A stretch of DNA of 41,710 nucleotides from a bacterium (GTDB lineage Bacteria > Hinthialibacterota > Hinthialibacteria > Hinthialibacterales > Hinthialibacteraceae), in NCBI GenBank assembly GCA_041946805.1, contig JBHGBC010000039.1:1-41710 (forward strand), given 5' to 3'. Positions 37,921-41,710 of the stretch are shown here, one piece after another. The position numbers were made by a program, and so were the translations under genes. Position 1 is the stretch's first letter, and the number at the start of each line of letters is the position of its first letter. The notes under the pieces are model-generated. The model was not told the origin of the DNA. It made no database searches and saw nothing but the letters and a program-made list of their open reading frames with translations.

Positions 37921-38526
37921 ATGACCGGCATGGAATCCTCGTTGGATCGGATCCACACGCGGCTGGATCAGCTGGAGCGGCAAAACCGGCGGCTGAAGCA
38001 AGGGATGTTCTGGCTGATGTCCTTCTTCGGCGCGTTGTTGTTCATGGGGCAATCCCCGGCGGAGGAAAAATCCCTCTCCGCCGAGCGGATCATGGCCGTG
38101 CGCCCGGACGGCGGAGAGCGGGCCGTGCTTATGGCCACCGGTCTTTCGCTGCTCGACAAAAACGGGATTCCCCGCGCCATGCTGAGCCATGACGAATCCG
38201 GCTCGGCGATCAGTTTTCATGATGAAAAACGCAACGCGGTGGCGCTCATCCGGGTGGATGACCTGGGGCCGCAGCTCAGTTTTTACGACCGGAACGGCCG
38301 GGTGCGGGTGGTGTTGGATTTGCACGGGGAGGAATCGCTGCTCAGTTTTTTTGACGAAAACGAGCGGGGGCGGGTTGCGCTGGGCCTGGATCCCAACCAG
38401 GTGGGGCTGCTGGTCCGCGACGCGACCGGGCAAAACCGCGCGTACTTGGGATACGATGCTTCAGGTACGCATCTGTCGTTGTTCGATGAGCAGGGGAAGG
38501 AAGTATTCACTCAACCGGAGAAGTAG
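37921..38526 (+). CDS. Hypothetical membrane-anchored protein with six 22-aa repeats
   Basis: CAGGAG RBS; coiled coil RLDQLERQNRRLK, TM helix, then LSxxDxxGxxRxxL repeats. Confidence 0.8.
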   Translation: MTGMESSLDRIHTRLDQLERQNRRLKQGMFWLMSFFGALLFMGQSPAEEKSLSAERIMAVRPDGGERAVLMATGLSLLDKNGIPRAMLSHDESGSAISFHDEKRNAVALIRVDDLGPQLSFYDRNGRVRVVLDLHGEESLLSFFDENERGRVALGLDPNQVGLLVRDATGQNRAYLGYDASGTHLSLFDEQGKEVFTQPEK

Positions 38527-38700
38527 GATGGATTTGCGCAATGCGCGGAATCCATCACCAACCACCTCACTCGCCGTAATTTCCTCTCCCTTTGGGAGCC
38601 GATTAGATTCTGTTGAGTTTTTCCAATGAGGCCGAAAAAAAACAATCTGCAACTGTTTAGCCCATTGCCCGGATTTTCGTCTCGCGCCCTTTCAGGGCTT

Positions 38701-38733
38701 CCCTCACCCTAACCTTCTCCCAGAGGGAGAGGG
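38701..38733 (+). repeat. REP-like hairpin family A, copy 7, embedded in a CGCCCTTTCAGGGC-type REP element (~38684-38806)
   Basis: CCCTCACCCTAACCTTCTCCCAGAGGGAGAGGG; degenerate half copies at 38848-38912. Confidence 0.88.
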
Positions 38734-38940
38734 AATTTATTACTTTATTCGCGGCTATCCCCGGCTTACGCCCCAGGCTATGCTCCTATCGCGCCGTTGG
38801 CGCTCAAAAAACGTTACTACTCATTGGATACGAAAGCTAAAATGAACCTGGGGTGAGGGATGTCTTGGCTTCGACACTCCTCACCCCGGTCCTCTCTTTT
38901 TAGCGAGGGAGAAGCAGCATGTAATTCCCGCCCGCGTGGA

Positions 38941-39804
38941 TCAATACACCGGCCACTCGCGGACGGGAGTGGGGGGCTGATCGGTGAAAATCAGGTCCGC
39001 GTAATAACTGCTCTGGTCCCACGTTCCCGCGGCGCCCTGGGCGTCCTGCCGCCAATAGACCATGTCCGAGGAGCGTTCCTCGACGCCGTCATCGAAATTG
39101 TCATCGTCGGACAGCTGGATAGTGGTTTTCACCTTGGTTTTTCCCGGGGTGATGGTGTTCTCCTGGATGGTTCCCCAAAACCACATCGGCTCCAGGGATA
39201 TGGCGTATTCCACGATATAGTTGGCTTTCACGCCGGCATCTCCCACGGCCGAGGCGCAGCAGATGAAATTCGTCTCCGATTCGAACATCAGGTTGTCCAC
39301 CGAATCGGTCATCCGGGCGGGATTGCCCTCGAAGGTGTTGTAGCGGCTGACGCCGAACTTGCCATACGGCTCGGAGGCGGACCACCAATGGAACGATTCC
39401 GCGTCGCTGCTGCCCTCGGGATCGTTGCCGTCCATGAAAAATTCGATCTGGTCCCGTTCCCATAGGTTGCGCGGATCCGACTCCATGGCGATGTCATCGC
39501 GCACTTCGATCAGGAAATAGACCATCCAATCCGGCATCCATAGGACCCGGAATTGATAGCTCAAATCCTCCGGGCCGCCATAAGGATCTTCGGCGATGTA
39601 ATCGTTCATCTGCACGCCGGGCAATCCCATCTCGACCCGAATCGGCGCCCCCGCCGCGTCCCATTCCCCCGGACTGATCTTCCCGTCGAGCGTGGGAGCC
39701 TGGGCGGTCTTGTACGCCACGATCATGGAACGGTCCTGGGCTTCGGCGCTCGCCGCCAGCAGAACCGCTCCCATCAACCAAGTACCTGCAATCCGTTTCA
39801 TCAT
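38941..39804 (-). CDS. Exported CBM9-like sugar-binding domain protein with C-terminal TPVREWPVY tail
   Basis: AGGAGGA RBS, signal peptide, APTLDGKISPGEW, DLSYQFRVLW, YFLIEVRDD, WERDQIEFFMD, YIVEYAI, SDDD. Confidence 0.8.
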   Translation of the reverse strand: MMKRIAGTWLMGAVLLAASAEAQDRSMIVAYKTAQAPTLDGKISPGEWDAAGAPIRVEMGLPGVQMNDYIAEDPYGGPEDLSYQFRVLWMPDWMVYFLIEVRDDIAMESDPRNLWERDQIEFFMDGNDPEGSSDAESFHWWSASEPYGKFGVSRYNTFEGNPARMTDSVDNLMFESETNFICCASAVGDAGVKANYIVEYAISLEPMWFWGTIQENTITPGKTKVKTTIQLSDDDNFDDGVEERSSDMVYWRQDAQGAAGTWDQSSYYADLIFTDQPPTPVREWPVY

Positions 39805-39991
39805 GGTTCCTCCTCCTTTTAAATAATCGATGGATCGAATGAAATGTTAAGAGAGGGGAATTTCTTTTAAAGGGTGAATTCCACATGGGCAGGGTTTAAT
39901 ATTGGCAGGACAAATGGCCATGATTGACTTGCCAAAGCACAGGGGCGAGTTCATGTTCCCGATCCAGAATCGAAGCGAGGGATAGAACGCC

Positions 39992-40720
39992 ATGCGGCGG
40001 CAGCGGCTCCGAAAAACCATACTGGGTATCTCCTTTTTCCTGTTCCAATATTTCCTGATGATTCACCTGCTGTTATCGCCGGTTTTGATTGTCTATGGGG
40101 CCGCGCATGGGGTGATTCAGGGAAGTTTCATTATTTATGTTTTGATATTCCTCTCATCCCTGTTTCTGGGGAGGGCGTTCTGCGGATGGATGTGCCCCGG
40201 CGCGGGACTCCAGGAACTCTGTTGCCTGATCGTGAAAAAAAAAGCCGCCGGGCGGCCATTCTACTGCCTGAAATATATCGTGTTCGGGATTTGGTCCGCC
40301 GCGATTCTCTATGCCGTGATCCAGGCGGGCGGCTATCATCGGATCGATTTTTATTTCGGCATGAATTCGGCCTCTCCTGCGCGGAATGGGATCCTGTTCT
40401 TCGGGGTGTTCGCGGTGATCGTACCCGCCGCGTTCATCGGGGGAAAATGGGCCACCTGCCATTACGTCTGCTGGATCGCGCCGTTGATGATCCTTGGCGC
40501 ACGGATCAAGGAACACGCCTTCTGGCCGTCGCTTCGATTGCGGACTCAACCGGACTGCTGCGCCGCGTGTGGCGTCTGCGATGACCACTGCCCCATGAGC
40601 CTGGAGGTTTCCACCATGGTCCGATCCGGAGCAATGGACGATCCGGAATGCATTCTGTGTGGAACCTGCGTGGATGCGTGCCCATCGGATTCCATTCGGT
40701 TTTCTTTCAGGGCAAGATAG
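39992..40720 (+). CDS. Membrane polyferredoxin (4Fe-4S binding, NapH/MauN-like)
   Basis: GRAFCGWMCPG, CHYVCW, CAACGVCDDHCPM, CILCGTCVDACP plus TM helices. Confidence 0.92.
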   Translation: MRRQRLRKTILGISFFLFQYFLMIHLLLSPVLIVYGAAHGVIQGSFIIYVLIFLSSLFLGRAFCGWMCPGAGLQELCCLIVKKKAAGRPFYCLKYIVFGIWSAAILYAVIQAGGYHRIDFYFGMNSASPARNGILFFGVFAVIVPAAFIGGKWATCHYVCWIAPLMILGARIKEHAFWPSLRLRTQPDCCAACGVCDDHCPMSLEVSTMVRSGAMDDPECILCGTCVDACPSDSIRFSFRAR

Positions 40721-40759
40721 AGGCCAAGAACCAAGTGGTTTTCGGGAATCAAAATTATT

Positions 40760-40954
40760 TCAATTGGGAAAAGGATTTTCATCCGGCGTATCGAGGTAGT
40801 AGCCTCTTTGTGACGATTGGACGGCAATCCCGCGGCGGCGCAGCTTCGCTACGTCCCGGGCGATCTGCTGGCGGGACACCCCGTAGCGGACGGCCAACTT
40901 GCCACAGGTCCAGAAACGGGGCTGCTTCTCGAAGAGGGTCCGCATCTCCTCCAT
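40760..40954 (-). CDS. Stand-alone HTH_11 (BirA/NiaR-type) winged-helix protein, 64 aa
   Basis: GGGAGG RBS before ATG 40954; TCGKLAVRYGVSRQQIARDVAKLRRRGIAVQSSQRGYYL. Confidence 0.75.
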   Translation of the reverse strand: MEEMRTLFEKQPRFWTCGKLAVRYGVSRQQIARDVAKLRRRGIAVQSSQRGYYLDTPDENPFPN

Positions 40955-41174
40955 GCGTACCTCCCGTTTCCAGCGCTCCGTTTTGGGCGTCCTCACGTGG
41001 GATGGTTCTGGCCGAGAGAAGTCATAGTTCACATCAGCACGGGTTTTTTCTCCCGTGTCCAGGTAGAAGAAACGCACGTATGACATTTTCTATCTCCTCA
41101 TCGACATGGATCATTATTTTTCACTTGGAATTAGGCATTACCCATTGGTTATTCTTAGGGTAATCAAGAGATAA

Positions 41175-41710
41175 TTAAAAAGGTTTATCGGAAAATTTAT
41201 AATCCCGTATCCATTGGTTATCCTTATAGAAATTTAGTACATTTGGGGTATTAATGAAATAAATAAAAATATTCTTATATCGATATATAGGAGAAATAAA
41301 TTCCTGTGATATCAAAAACTCCCATTCGGTTTTGAGATCATGAGTATTTATAATAATATATTCCGTTTTATACCGGATTACCATTTCGCCTAACAATCGG
41401 ATTGGCATGATGGGGAAGGTGCTCGCGATTTCAATTTCCCGCAAGGTAAATGGTTCGATGCGGGTGTCAACAAAGTTTTGGGCTTTTTTATCCGTTCGCC
41501 ATGTTATATATCCACCCCATGACCATGGAGTAAATACATTGCCATGCAGGTTGTTCATTGTGAAATAGTTCATGGCTTCCTTGGGCATTTGAAATTCTCC
41601 TTCAAAAGGAATAGGAATTTGAAGGAAAAAGCATAAGAGAAATATGCAAAGTACCTGCTTCCGTGAACCAAAATCCTAGTAAAATCCTCTCAACACCTTG
41701 ATAAATAATG
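41175..41710 (-). CDS. C-terminal part of an AT-rich membrane protein (GT-C-like), possibly frameshifted
   Basis: PKEAMNYF...VFTPWSWGGYITW...NFVDTRIE resembles the WGGYL.W...F.DGR motif of GT-C-like membrane proteins; the frame hits TAG at 41676-41678 going upstream. Confidence 0.55.

Overview
GC-rich bacterial chromosomal window. Protein style (many signal-peptide proteins with Pro/Thr linkers, orphan prepilin-like proteins, short aromatic C-terminal tails) suggests a Sumerlaeota/Hinthialibacterota (BRC1/OLB16)-like lineage; this is inference only. Housekeeping and metabolic genes (GH140-like hydrolase, PfkB kinase, corA, URO-D-family protein, nadA, ggt, GH95-like hydrolase, sulfatase-like lipoprotein, hisS, OppF-like ATPase, GT-C glycosyltransferase, polyferredoxin) are interspersed with two transmembrane signalling modules (BlaI/BlaR-M56 and ECF sigma/FecR), each next to an orphan prepilin-like gene and an exported protein. 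The most notable signal is a shared C-terminal tail, [TS]-x-V-x-[DE]-[WY]-x-[LV]-Y, on three unrelated exported proteins, a candidate sorting/anchoring signal. Also seen: a structured leader upstream of nadA, two IS66 relics with near-identical ends facing each other around the BlaI/BlaR cluster, MITE-like elements of two TIR families enclosing the same REP-like hairpin, a decayed MNT-HEPN toxin-antitoxin locus and a 946-aa protein with four copies of an unrecognised domain. No rRNA, tRNA or CRISPR array was seen. All calls are from visual motif recognition, not database searches.
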